From positions 64,001 to 128,000 of the forward strand of contig CAWAQU010000012.1 of the NCBI GenBank assembly GCA_963784355.1: DNA of 64,000 nucleotides. The letters run 5' to 3'. The stretch is from an uncultured bacterium (GTDB lineage Bacteria; Patescibacteriota; JACMRA01). Both the position numbers and the translations under genes were made by a program. Of this stretch, positions 30,083 through 39,371 are shown in pieces (the first letter of the stretch is position 1; the number at the start of each line of letters is the position of its first letter). Under the pieces are notes generated by a model. The model saw nothing but the letters and a program-made list of their open reading frames with translations, was not told the DNA's origin and ran no database searches.

Positions 30083-31129
30083 GTGATTCGCAAATTTCTC
30101 TCCATGTTTTCAGATAAAACACTCATTGGTTTAGACATAGGTTCAGACTCCATAAAGATGGCAGAGATTGATCATGGCCAACCAAATCCTGAGCTTCATA
30201 CCTATGGAGTTGCTAGGCATGCAATGGAACTTGAGGGTTACTGGGACAGTACAAAACTAAGGCAATTGTCAATTATTATTGATGATATTATGCGTGCCGG
30301 GAACTTTGTAGGAGTAAAAACTGTTATGGGTATTCAGAGTAAGGACGTTTATGTAACTACCATGGATTTTGAAGCCGGCTGGAGTAAAAAATTGATCCAA
30401 GAAGAAATAGATAAACAAGCTCCGTATTTTTTACCTTATCCACCTGACGAAATGAGATTGTCATGGAGTTTGATTGAAAATGACCCCAGAATAAAAGCCT
30501 ATACGGGTAAACAGAGGGTTATTATCAATGCCTTGCCTGAGTTTGTAATTGAAAATTCTAAAAATCTGCTAGAACATGTAAATCTTGATGGATTGGCTCT
30601 AGAAAATCAAACAGTTTCACAGATTAGAGCTATTTTATCGCCTGATACCGGCAACACTTTGTTAGTAGATATTGGAGCAAATCAAACTACGTTTAGTATT
30701 GTTGTAGATGGTTTTTTACGTGCTAGCTCCCACATTGCTACAGGTGTCAGCAAGATCTCTAAAGACTTTGAAAAAACCTTAGGCTTGAGCAGTATTGTAG
30801 CAGAAGATTTTAAAAAAGATTTAAACTTGGTAAATTTGTTTGAATTACCTAAAGAACTCACCGACACTTACGCAATTATTAAAACAGAACTCAATACTTT
30901 TTACGAATTAAATAAAAAAGTTTCTCAAGCTCCTCAGAAAATTGTAGTTACGGGTGGCGGTACTATGACAGCGGGATTTTTTGAATATATTAAAAATTTT
31001 GCGGTACCTGTCTATCTTTCAAATAGTTTGAAAAATGTAAAAATCAAGCAGGAGATTATTCCTTATATCACTCCACAAAGTAATGCACTTTCATCTGCAA
31101 TCGGTTTAGCTTTGAAAACTGATGTTTAA
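30083..31129 (+). CDS. pilM: type IV pilus assembly protein PilM (actin-like)
   Basis: IGLDIGSDSIK, LVDIGANQT, VVTGGG, SAIGLAL. Confidence 0.88.
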   Translation: MIRKFLSMFSDKTLIGLDIGSDSIKMAEIDHGQPNPELHTYGVARHAMELEGYWDSTKLRQLSIIIDDIMRAGNFVGVKTVMGIQSKDVYVTTMDFEAGWSKKLIQEEIDKQAPYFLPYPPDEMRLSWSLIENDPRIKAYTGKQRVIINALPEFVIENSKNLLEHVNLDGLALENQTVSQIRAILSPDTGNTLLVDIGANQTTFSIVVDGFLRASSHIATGVSKISKDFEKTLGLSSIVAEDFKKDLNLVNLFELPKELTDTYAIIKTELNTFYELNKKVSQAPQKIVVTGGGTMTAGFFEYIKNFAVPVYLSNSLKNVKIKQEIIPYITPQSNALSSAIGLALKTDV

Positions 31130-31171
31130 ATTGGTTATTTTAGTTGGTTTGAGTAAATTTGATTAGCTTGC

Positions 31172-31270
31172 AAAAAAGCGTCCAAAAGAAAACAGCCAAA
31201 CTCTATTACCAATATTAATTTTAAACTAATATTAAAGTAATTAAGTTCGGCTGCTTAGGCTAGTTAGACG
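31172..31270 (-). terminator. extended hairpin plus T tract downstream of the orphan gene
   Basis: Minus strand: CGTCTAA/TTGGACG, CAGCCGAACT/AGTTTGGCTG, ATTAC/GTAAT and TAATATTAG/TTAATATTG stems, then T6. Confidence 0.55.
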
Positions 31271-31271
31271 G

Positions 31272-31616
31272 TTATCTTGCACAGGCTACGGTTGGCCCGC
31301 ATCCCCCTCCTCCTGAGGGGAAAGTTTTTTCAAGACGTTGAATTATTTTAACGTTTGTAATTCCTTGGAGGTGCAAACGAGACTCCAATGCATGTGCTTC
31401 GTTAGTACTTAATGGTTTAGACCGAAAGCTACGGCCTTCGAGATTTTTCCATTGAACAACTGAGTATTTAATGATCCGAACTCCCGTAATTTGGAAGCCA
31501 GGACCAATCCTCGTTTCTGGTTGAGGGTAGGGAACTCTTTTAATTTGAAAATCATTCGCCATAACTTGACCTCCAGACAGGATCATACAAAAAACAATTC
31601 CAGCAAATTGATTCAC
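31272..31616 (-). CDS. hypothetical exported protein
   Basis: GTG start with GGAG SD, promoter TTGACA-17-TATGTT upstream, signal-peptide-like N-terminus. Confidence 0.55.
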   Translation of the reverse strand: MNQFAGIVFCMILSGGQVMANDFQIKRVPYPQPETRIGPGFQITGVRIIKYSVVQWKNLEGRSFRSKPLSTNEAHALESRLHLQGITNVKIIQRLEKTFPSGGGGCGPTVACAR

Positions 31617-31859
31617 TTGAAAAACTCCAAAAATATAAAACTAGCCTTTATCTCAACTTTGTAGCTGAAATAAGACAATTTACAACATAGCATAATTTTT
31701 AACCCATGTCAAAAGTATTAATTGGACTTAAATATGCACTAGTAAGTTTAATTTATTCTTTTTCCTAATGAAATTCTTAGGATTCAATTACTTATATAAT
31801 TACTCTAAGCAAGATCTGGAAAATATTTGTTTGAGATGTCAGCTCTTGAATTTCTTAAC

Positions 31860-32981
31860 CTAAATCAACAGACTTCCCGCACCGATAATACCACTATTGG
31901 TGATTTGAGCTATTTCGCATTTATCTTTAGAAAGACCTAGCTTTTCCAAATAACTGTACGTTTTTTCTTTAAACTGATAACCTTTCCAAAATAGACTTCC
32001 TTCGATCAAACAAAGCATTTTAAAATCTCCTAAACTCTGCTTTTTAAACTCATATATACCAAAAATCTGCATGGCAACTAAACTTGTAGCTCTTTCAAAA
32101 ATTGTGCTTGCGAGCTCGGCCTCATCCTGGTTTTCTGATTCTGTTGAGTGACTAAGCTCTTTTGTCGTATGTAAATTGATTGGAAGACTATTTAATTTAG
32201 CCAAAATATTGAAATGTTTAGATAAGTAAGCACCTCCCACTTCTTTCTCCAAATATTGTTTGCCGGGGTTGGTAGATAGGGCATCGATAATTTTCCCGGT
32301 GTAGGTTTGCTCAAATTTATCAAAATTTCCGGACTCTACATTTATAAAAATGTTTTCTGACTCAAAAAAACCGAAATTGTATCCAGTACCTACGATCCCG
32401 CAAATTATTTCTTCCTTTTTATATTTATCACTGTACTTTGTTCCAGCTATTCCTAGTCCTACAGTGTCATTGCATACTGACACTTGAATTTTGCGTTTTT
32501 GGGTTTCAAAGATATATTCCTCCAGCATCAAACCTACAGTGTTGTGAAGCATTCCTACAAATCTATGCTCTTTAGTAGTGGAGATCAAAATACCATCAAT
32601 AAAGCCCTGCCTTACAATCGGTTGCATGGGGTAGGCAAAGTTTAGGGAGACTTTAGTGACTTCAGAATGTAGTTGTTTGGCAAAGAGTTCGCAGACCAAT
32701 TTTTTACTTTCTAAGTGTGGCAGCCCCTCTTTATACTTACTCAAAATTTCTATATGGCTATTAATGTTTTGTACTAAAGATGATTCAAGGTGAGACCCGC
32801 CCATCACGATCACTTGAAAAATCTCTCCTTCTTTTACAAGTCCACCTGCGGGAATCTCATTTCTAGCGTAGGCAAAGCTATTTTTGGATCCGGTACTTGC
32901 TTGGGTTAATTCGGCAATAAGATTACTTGAGATTTTTTTTAGTTGGTTCAAATCAAATAATTCAGGTTTTACTTCGAGCAT
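31860..32981 (-). CDS. hexokinase-family protein (eukaryote-type fold)
   Basis: MGGSH, NFAYP, NDTVG, GIVGTGYN, INVESGNF, LEKEVGGAYL, EGSLF. Confidence 0.8.
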   Translation of the reverse strand: MLEVKPELFDLNQLKKISSNLIAELTQASTGSKNSFAYARNEIPAGGLVKEGEIFQVIVMGGSHLESSLVQNINSHIEILSKYKEGLPHLESKKLVCELFAKQLHSEVTKVSLNFAYPMQPIVRQGFIDGILISTTKEHRFVGMLHNTVGLMLEEYIFETQKRKIQVSVCNDTVGLGIAGTKYSDKYKKEEIICGIVGTGYNFGFFESENIFINVESGNFDKFEQTYTGKIIDALSTNPGKQYLEKEVGGAYLSKHFNILAKLNSLPINLHTTKELSHSTESENQDEAELASTIFERATSLVAMQIFGIYEFKKQSLGDFKMLCLIEGSLFWKGYQFKEKTYSYLEKLGLSKDKCEIAQITNSGIIGAGSLLI

Positions 32982-33088
32982 ACTGCAAGAAAGTCGTTGA
33001 AGTGGCTTGATTTGTCAAGAATTATAGCAATAAGGCCAAGTCTTGTTAATAAGAAAAAAATGTGCTATAATAAGCTCATAACAATCGT

Positions 33089-34327
33089 ATGAAATACAAA
33101 AATAGAGTATCATATAAGCTACTTAGTCATGTTTTAGTACTGACAATGCTGCTTTTCCTGAATTTCTCTACACCTATCCAAACATTAAGCCAGCAGGCTA
33201 TCGCAAAGCCAACTAATGAATTAAGCTCAGATCAAGAAATAGATTCTACAATTTCTAAAATTGATACCAAATTAAGCGATTTAAATGTCGACTTACACGA
33301 TTCTTCCCAATTGAAAAATAATTTGAACGATCAAAAAAAGACTCTACAGAAAAATATAGATGAATTGGAGGGGATGATTGTAGATTCCAGATTGGTTATT
33401 AATAAACTCCAAGCCAGGATAGATAAAGAGCAGAAAGATATTGATAGTTTAGGAGGTGAAATGGGTCAAATGTTGAGAGAGATTGACAAAGAATCCCAGA
33501 CTCCGATGCTTTTAAGATTGCTTTCCAGTCAAAATTTAGGTGAGGCAATCAGTACAGTATACTCCTATAATACAATTCAAAGCAAGGCAGAGACTTTAAG
33601 AGACGATCTTGAGAAAAAGGTTAAAGTGCTTAAAGATAAGAAAGTGGAGCAGGAAGATAGGGTAAAAAAACTTGAATCAGCATATTTTCTATCCAAAAGT
33701 AAGAGAAGTGGGCTCCAAGATCTGATTGATAAGTATGAGGGTAAGGAAAGAGATTATGAAGCAATGGTTAAAAAGCTCAGAGAGGAAAAGCAGGCTCAGG
33801 ATGCTCAAGCTATAAAAAGAGAGAGTGAGAAAAAAGTAGTGAGTACAAGCACTTCCTCTTGCTGGTTTGAAGAAACTACACCACTCGGCATAGGTAAAGA
33901 TGTTTTAGGTAAGCCTGTAGAGGGATCAATTAGTAGAGTGCTTGAAGGTTGTCGACATGATGCAATAGATATAGCCAATAGCATGGGTACGGAATTAAAG
34001 GCTGTATATGAAGGTGCAGTAGTCAAAAAAGGTTATGAAGGTTACGGATATGGTAATTATATTATCATAAAACATGATCTACCAAATGGAAAAAGAGTAT
34101 ACGCTCTCTACGGACATATGAAAGGCCAGTCTTTTCTTAGTTTGGGTGATGCCGTTACAAAAGGACAGACTATAGGATTTATGGGAAACACCGGTAATTC
34201 TACAGGTCCACACTTACATTTTGGAATGATTTCAGAATCCTACGAAAAAACCAATAATGAAGGCTGCAGAAATGGAGGCTCTAATAATAGCTATTGCTAT
34301 AATCCGACTAAATATATTGATTTTTAG
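33089..34327 (+). CDS. coiled-coil plus M23 peptidoglycan endopeptidase
   Basis: Signal peptide, coiled coil, HDAID, YGH, GNTGNSTGPHLHF. Confidence 0.9.
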   Translation: MKYKNRVSYKLLSHVLVLTMLLFLNFSTPIQTLSQQAIAKPTNELSSDQEIDSTISKIDTKLSDLNVDLHDSSQLKNNLNDQKKTLQKNIDELEGMIVDSRLVINKLQARIDKEQKDIDSLGGEMGQMLREIDKESQTPMLLRLLSSQNLGEAISTVYSYNTIQSKAETLRDDLEKKVKVLKDKKVEQEDRVKKLESAYFLSKSKRSGLQDLIDKYEGKERDYEAMVKKLREEKQAQDAQAIKRESEKKVVSTSTSSCWFEETTPLGIGKDVLGKPVEGSISRVLEGCRHDAIDIANSMGTELKAVYEGAVVKKGYEGYGYGNYIIIKHDLPNGKRVYALYGHMKGQSFLSLGDAVTKGQTIGFMGNTGNSTGPHLHFGMISESYEKTNNEGCRNGGSNNSYCYNPTKYIDF

Positions 34328-34570
34328 ATAAATTAATACTTGTAATTAAAATTTTGACTAGAGAGTTTAGAAAGTCCTTTTGGTGTTTATATCTACTATT
34401 TTTCTTGAATTAATATTTTAGAAATCTCATGAAATTAAAAACCTATCATATAAATTGTTGGGAGATTGCAAATACAGATTCCTTTGACAAAATTTAGAAA
34501 ACTCATCTTGTTATATTCTGTTTAATGCCTTGCACGAATGTGTAATTTAGATTAGACTCAATACAGGATT

Positions 34571-35917
34571 ATGCTAAAGAGACTATTTAATCTTAAAAAA
34601 TCAACTTTCCTTTCAATTACCTTTGCTTTTGTAATACTTTTTAACTCAATTATATTTTTAGGTTTTGGAGTCAATTCCGCAACTTATGATCAGCAAAAAA
34701 AAGAGATAGAGACAAAGAAAAGCGATCTAGCCAAAAATTTATCTAAAGCTAATGATGATTTAGAAGATGTAAGCCAATTAAGTAATACTTTATCAGGAGA
34801 AATTACCAGAAAAAATCAAAAAATTGAAGAGTCCAATCAAAACATAGTTAAAATCGATAGTTTGATCACAGAGCTTGATAAGCAAAGTGAGGTTATACAG
34901 AGCCAAAGAGTTGAAACAGTCAATCAAATTAAAAGTGTTTTAGTGGAAATGCAAAAAGAGCCTACTCCTCTACATGCATTTTTATCTAGCCAGAGTTTAG
35001 GAGATGCTTTGAGCAAATTTTACAGTTTTAGTGTATTACAAGAAAAAGCAGACGATTATAGATTAAAACTTGAAGAGACTGAAGCAGAGCTGGAAAAAAA
35101 CAAACAAGATCAGCTAAAAACTAAAGAGCAGCAAGAAATCGCAAAAGGTTTGCTTATTGCAGAAAAAAGTTCTTTGGTTGAATTAAAAACTAAAACTCAA
35201 AATGATGAGGCTAAGTATCAGCAAATGAGAAATTCATTAATTGAGCAAAATAGTAAATTAGAAGCGAAATTAGCTGAAGTAGAATCTTCAAGAAAAAAAG
35301 AAATAGCCGAACAAGAGGCAAGAAGATTACAACAAGAAGAGGAAAATAGGAAAAGAAGAGCGAACGAACGAACAGTTGTGAGTAATCCGGGCGGAGGTTC
35401 AAGTGGAGGCACTGATTCTGATGGTCCGGATGATAATGATACGGGTAGTGCATCTTGTTGGTATGAAGAAGGAAGAGCATTAAATGTACCTAGCGGATAT
35501 TTTGGTTCTCCTGCAAATGGTAGCTTGACTAGAGCATTTAGCGGCTGTTCCCATGACGGTGCTGATATTGCAAATGATACAGGCACTGAATTACATGCTG
35601 TAGCTAGTGGGGTGGTTGTACATAAAGGCTCATATGATGTTTCCGGTTATGGTATTTATGTTGTAGTCAAACATAATCTTCCATCAGGTCAAACAGTATA
35701 TTCACAATACTCACATATGCTTTCTGAGTCACCCAGATCTGTAGGTGAAACTGTCGCTAAAGGTGCAGTAGTAGGTAGAATGGGTTGTACAGGGCTGTGT
35801 TATGGTACTCATGTCCACTTTATGCTGTATTCAGATACATATGGCCAAAATGGTCCGGGATGTAGGTTAGGTTCATCTAAATGCTACAATCCTACCAAAG
35901 TTCCCGGGATCCTGTAA
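34571..35917 (+). CDS. coiled-coil plus M23 peptidoglycan endopeptidase (paralog)
   Basis: HDGAD, YSH, GCTGLCYGTHVHF. Confidence 0.9.
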   Translation: MLKRLFNLKKSTFLSITFAFVILFNSIIFLGFGVNSATYDQQKKEIETKKSDLAKNLSKANDDLEDVSQLSNTLSGEITRKNQKIEESNQNIVKIDSLITELDKQSEVIQSQRVETVNQIKSVLVEMQKEPTPLHAFLSSQSLGDALSKFYSFSVLQEKADDYRLKLEETEAELEKNKQDQLKTKEQQEIAKGLLIAEKSSLVELKTKTQNDEAKYQQMRNSLIEQNSKLEAKLAEVESSRKKEIAEQEARRLQQEEENRKRRANERTVVSNPGGGSSGGTDSDGPDDNDTGSASCWYEEGRALNVPSGYFGSPANGSLTRAFSGCSHDGADIANDTGTELHAVASGVVVHKGSYDVSGYGIYVVVKHNLPSGQTVYSQYSHMLSESPRSVGETVAKGAVVGRMGCTGLCYGTHVHFMLYSDTYGQNGPGCRLGSSKCYNPTKVPGIL

Positions 35918-35928
35918 TCAATTTGCAA

Positions 35929-36933
35929 ATGAATATCTTCAATAAAATCAGTTCTAAAAATTTGAGCCTACTATTTTTACTTTTTGGCTCATTATTGGCT
36001 TTAGTTCTATATTACCCTATAAGTTTAATTTTTTCAGGAAATGTAAAACTAAATCAGCAAATTGAGCTTTTTAATATAGAGCAAATTTGGTTTTTAGGCG
36101 TTGAGATACCTATTGGAAGTATTAGTGTTCGATTTTATTCGATTTGCATTTTGTTGGGACTCTTGGCAGGCTATTTTTTGACTCTTCATTTAGCCAAAAA
36201 GCATTTTATCGCAAGTACTACAATTGATCGTTTGTTTATAGGGTTGTTACTTGCAGGGTTGGTTGGAGCAAGATTATTTTATGCCCTATTTAGTCTGGAT
36301 AAATTTATTCAAAATCCACTCGAAATTGCGACTGAAATTACCAGGGGGGGCATTGCTATCTACGGCGCGATTATTGCCGGAACTATACAGCTGTATTTTT
36401 ATTCTAAAAAGTATAAATTTAATCTTTTTGAGCTTTTGGATGTTATTGCTCCGGGAGTTTTGATTGGTCAGGTCATAGGTAGATTCGGAAACTTTTTTAA
36501 CTACGAAGCTTATGGCGGGCCTACTTCAGTATACTGGAAAATGTTTGTGCCTCAAACAGCCAATATCTATGAAGACTTCCATCAAAAATACTTTCATCCT
36601 ACATTTCTATACGAGATAATACCAAATTATATTCTATTCTTAATAATTTTGGCCAACTATGATAAATTAACTCATAGGAAATCAGGTTTAGTGTTTGCAA
36701 TTTATGCTATAGGCTATGGCATTATACGTTTTTTTGTTGAGTTTTTCAGATTAGATGCATTGAGAATTAATTTTCCTGAGTATTTCATACCAAAAATAGG
36801 CCCTTTCAGTTTTGAATATATCGCAGTAAGCCAAATATCCTCATTAATTTTGATTTTTGTAGGTACTTATGTAATTCTCAAAAGAAGAAAAACTATATAT
36901 CTCAAAAGAAATATGAATGAAGTAAGCGTTTAA
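35929..36933 (+). CDS. lgt: prolipoprotein diacylglyceryl transferase
   Basis: VGARLFY, GGIAIYGA, GQVIGRFGNFFNYEAYG, HPTFLYE, RFFVEFFR; ATG 35929 avoids overlap with the upstream gene. Confidence 0.92.
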   Translation: MNIFNKISSKNLSLLFLLFGSLLALVLYYPISLIFSGNVKLNQQIELFNIEQIWFLGVEIPIGSISVRFYSICILLGLLAGYFLTLHLAKKHFIASTTIDRLFIGLLLAGLVGARLFYALFSLDKFIQNPLEIATEITRGGIAIYGAIIAGTIQLYFYSKKYKFNLFELLDVIAPGVLIGQVIGRFGNFFNYEAYGGPTSVYWKMFVPQTANIYEDFHQKYFHPTFLYEIIPNYILFLIILANYDKLTHRKSGLVFAIYAIGYGIIRFFVEFFRLDALRINFPEYFIPKIGPFSFEYIAVSQISSLILIFVGTYVILKRRKTIYLKRNMNEVSV

Positions 36934-37050
36934 GTTTTACCCTTGTCAAAATACTTTTCCTTGTTTAACCTAAAGTTAATATAGAATTAAAAGCCTAAAA
37001 ATGTTATAATAATGCGGCTAAACATTAAAAACCCTAACACAAGTTTACTT

Positions 37051-37623
37051 ATGTACGAAAAAAAATCAAATAAAGCAAGTATAATTATTGCCGTTGTAGC
37101 AATCGGATTAGTTTTACTGGGAGTTTACTTAATCAGCGAAAGTATAAGCTCTTCAAAAAATAAAAATGACTCTAAAACAGCCCAATCATCTTCAGTAAAA
37201 AGTGAGGCTAAATCAAGTACAGTGAGTAGTACAATAACTACAGCCTCAACAAACAATAATAATAGTACCACCACAACTACAGCTACCGATTCAAACTCTG
37301 CCACAGAAGAAGATGTAACCACATCATCTACAACATCTAGCCAGGCCAGCAGCCCCGCTCCGGCTGAAACCGTAACAACACTAGCTGAAGATGAAGCGAT
37401 TATTAAAGTAACTAAAGTTACGTCCGGCAGCTCTGCAACTAGATATGATATCGAAATAGTTGATACAGGTTTTAAAGATGGAACTAAGCTGAAAAAGGGT
37501 GCTACTACTTATGTAAATGTTAGTGGAGTCACTTTAACTGAAGGTAAAAGCTATAAAATTACCAGCATAACTGAGAAAGACGGAAGAATTGCGATTAATA
37601 ATTTAAAAGCAGTTGAAGCCTAA
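37051..37623 (+). CDS. membrane-anchored Ser/Thr-rich protein with small C-terminal beta domain
   Basis: N-terminal TM and S/T tract; ATG 37051 or 37012. Confidence 0.7.
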   Translation: MYEKKSNKASIIIAVVAIGLVLLGVYLISESISSSKNKNDSKTAQSSSVKSEAKSSTVSSTITTASTNNNNSTTTTTATDSNSATEEDVTTSSTTSSQASSPAPAETVTTLAEDEAIIKVTKVTSGSSATRYDIEIVDTGFKDGTKLKKGATTYVNVSGVTLTEGKSYKITSITEKDGRIAINNLKAVEA

Positions 37624-37647
37624 GTTTGAAAGACAAAAAACTTTTAC

Positions 37648-38475
37648 ATGTCCGTTTATCCTGAAAATATTGGAATAAGATTACAAAAGGCTAGTTTTAA
37701 CAACGAACAAATTGTTGATTTAAAAAATACTTTGCCGGCAAAATTAATTATAAGTGTGGATGGATTAGCTGGAGTGGGAAAGGGTACTTTGGGAAAAAAT
37801 TTAAGCAAAGTGTTGGAAATCCCCCATCTTCACACGGGTTTACTCTATCGTACCTTTACATACATTTATGAGGATCAAGGTTTTGAGCTTAATAGTGAAA
37901 ATACTGCCAAAGTGGCTGAGTTAGTTGATGCCAAAATTGCCAATAATTCTTTAGAAATGAGTTACAAAGGTGAGGTTTTGCACTATACTGATTTAAACAA
38001 TAAATTCATTGATACAGCTCTGAATAAATATACCTCTAATCTATTACTAAGGCAAAAAGTAGATGAGTGTATGGTGGATATTGTACTGGAGCTAAAATCG
38101 CCATTTGTACTTGATGTAAGAGGTGAATCCAATCCTTACCAAACAATTCCTGAAAAAAACGGTTTTAAAGTAGTCAGACTAATTCTAGAAACTGATTTAG
38201 AAGAAAAAGTTCAGAGAAGATATTTAGATCACATAAAAATTGCTCAAGAAAAGGATCCTAATTTTCATGATACTGAGGAAAATAGACAGAAAGTTTTAAA
38301 ACAGTGTAGGGAGGCAATTGTGATCAGAGACAATCAAGATTTAGAATCAATTAAAAAAACTAATATTGGCCTAATTACACCTGAGTCAGCCATTATTAAC
38401 ACAACAAATCTCAGTATTCATGAGGTATTGGAAACAGCGCTACACTTTATAAAAACTGAGATCAGTAGAAGTTAG
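37648..38475 (+). CDS. cmk: cytidylate kinase (divergent)
   Basis: ISVDGLAGVGKGT, LHTGLLYR, RDNQD, INTTNLSI. Confidence 0.8.
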   Translation: MSVYPENIGIRLQKASFNNEQIVDLKNTLPAKLIISVDGLAGVGKGTLGKNLSKVLEIPHLHTGLLYRTFTYIYEDQGFELNSENTAKVAELVDAKIANNSLEMSYKGEVLHYTDLNNKFIDTALNKYTSNLLLRQKVDECMVDIVLELKSPFVLDVRGESNPYQTIPEKNGFKVVRLILETDLEEKVQRRYLDHIKIAQEKDPNFHDTEENRQKVLKQCREAIVIRDNQDLESIKKTNIGLITPESAIINTTNLSIHEVLETALHFIKTEISRS

Positions 38476-38528
38476 TTGACAATTTTTCAAAAATCAATCT
38501 AAACTTAAGTATTATTGATAATATAAAC

Positions 38529-38604
38529 GGGCGGTTGGCACAGCTGGTAGCGCGTCTCGTTTACACCGAGAAGGTCAGAGGTTCGAGCCCTCTACCGCCC
38601 ACCA
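38529..38604 (+). tRNA. tRNA-Val(TAC)
   Basis: GGGCGGT...TCTCG-TTTACAC-CGAGA...GGTTCGAGCC...ACCGCCC-ACCA. Confidence 0.95.
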
Positions 38605-38618
38605 TTGACATCTTTAAC

Positions 38619-38640
38619 AACTCTGCATAGAGTTTTTTTT
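38619..38640 (+). terminator. terminator after tRNA-Val
   Basis: AACTCT-gcat-AGAGTT plus T run; overlaps a TTGACA(38605)-17-TAGAGT promoter candidate for the thioredoxin gene. Confidence 0.55.
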
Positions 38641-38685
38641 GTTAAGACTTTTTTAACTACTATATACCTATTAAAATAAATATTT

Positions 38686-39105
38686 ATGTCAGACCTAATG
38701 GAATTAAATGCAACTACATTTGAAGAACTAAAGAAAACAACTGATTTAGTAATAGTCGATTTTTGGGCTACTTGGTGTCCACCTTGTAAAGTAATGGGAC
38801 CAATTTTTGAAGAGTTTGCTACTCAGTCGGAATTTGCTAATTTGAAATTTATAAAATGTGACGTAGACAACAACCCAGAAATCTCAGGATTATTTGACAT
38901 TTCTAGTATTCCTACGTTTGCAGTTATTAAATTTAATGGAAATGGAGGCTATGAATTAGTTGACTCTATTGTAGGGGCGTATGAAAAGGAAGTTTTTCAC
39001 AAAATGATTACTGAAATAGTTGCAAAGTCTAATTCTAAATCAAGTAATGTTTTGAATCTTGATGATGCTAAACCTGAAATCAATGTAAACCCCAAAGCTG
39101 CATAA
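38686..39105 (+). CDS. trxA: thioredoxin
   Basis: VDFWATWCPPCK, SIPT. Confidence 0.9.
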   Translation: MSDLMELNATTFEELKKTTDLVIVDFWATWCPPCKVMGPIFEEFATQSEFANLKFIKCDVDNNPEISGLFDISSIPTFAVIKFNGNGGYELVDSIVGAYEKEVFHKMITEIVAKSNSKSSNVLNLDDAKPEINVNPKAA

Positions 39106-39108
39106 TTA

Positions 39109-39363
39109 ATGGAAATAATTTTCGCTATAATAAGCTTTATTTTTCTCTTTTTAGGACTTTGTATTGTAGTCCTTTTATCTTTTACGCTAACTAATATCTT
39201 TACAAAAAGCTATAGTTCAAAAAACGCTACAATAATTATATTATTTTTGCTGGCACTTTTTTTAATAAATGGGTTAATGTTATTTTATAGTTATACACAG
39301 CTAGTTTCAAAGATAAAAGAAAATTCAAGTAGAAACGATGTGGTTGAACTACAAAAATTTTAA
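39109..39363 (+). CDS. small two-TM membrane protein
   Basis: Two hydrophobic segments; starts 3 nt after the thioredoxin stop. Confidence 0.6.
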   Translation: MEIIFAIISFIFLFLGLCIVVLLSFTLTNIFTKSYSSKNATIIILFLLALFLINGLMLFYSYTQLVSKIKENSSRNDVVELQKF

Positions 39364-39371
39364 GTTAAAAT

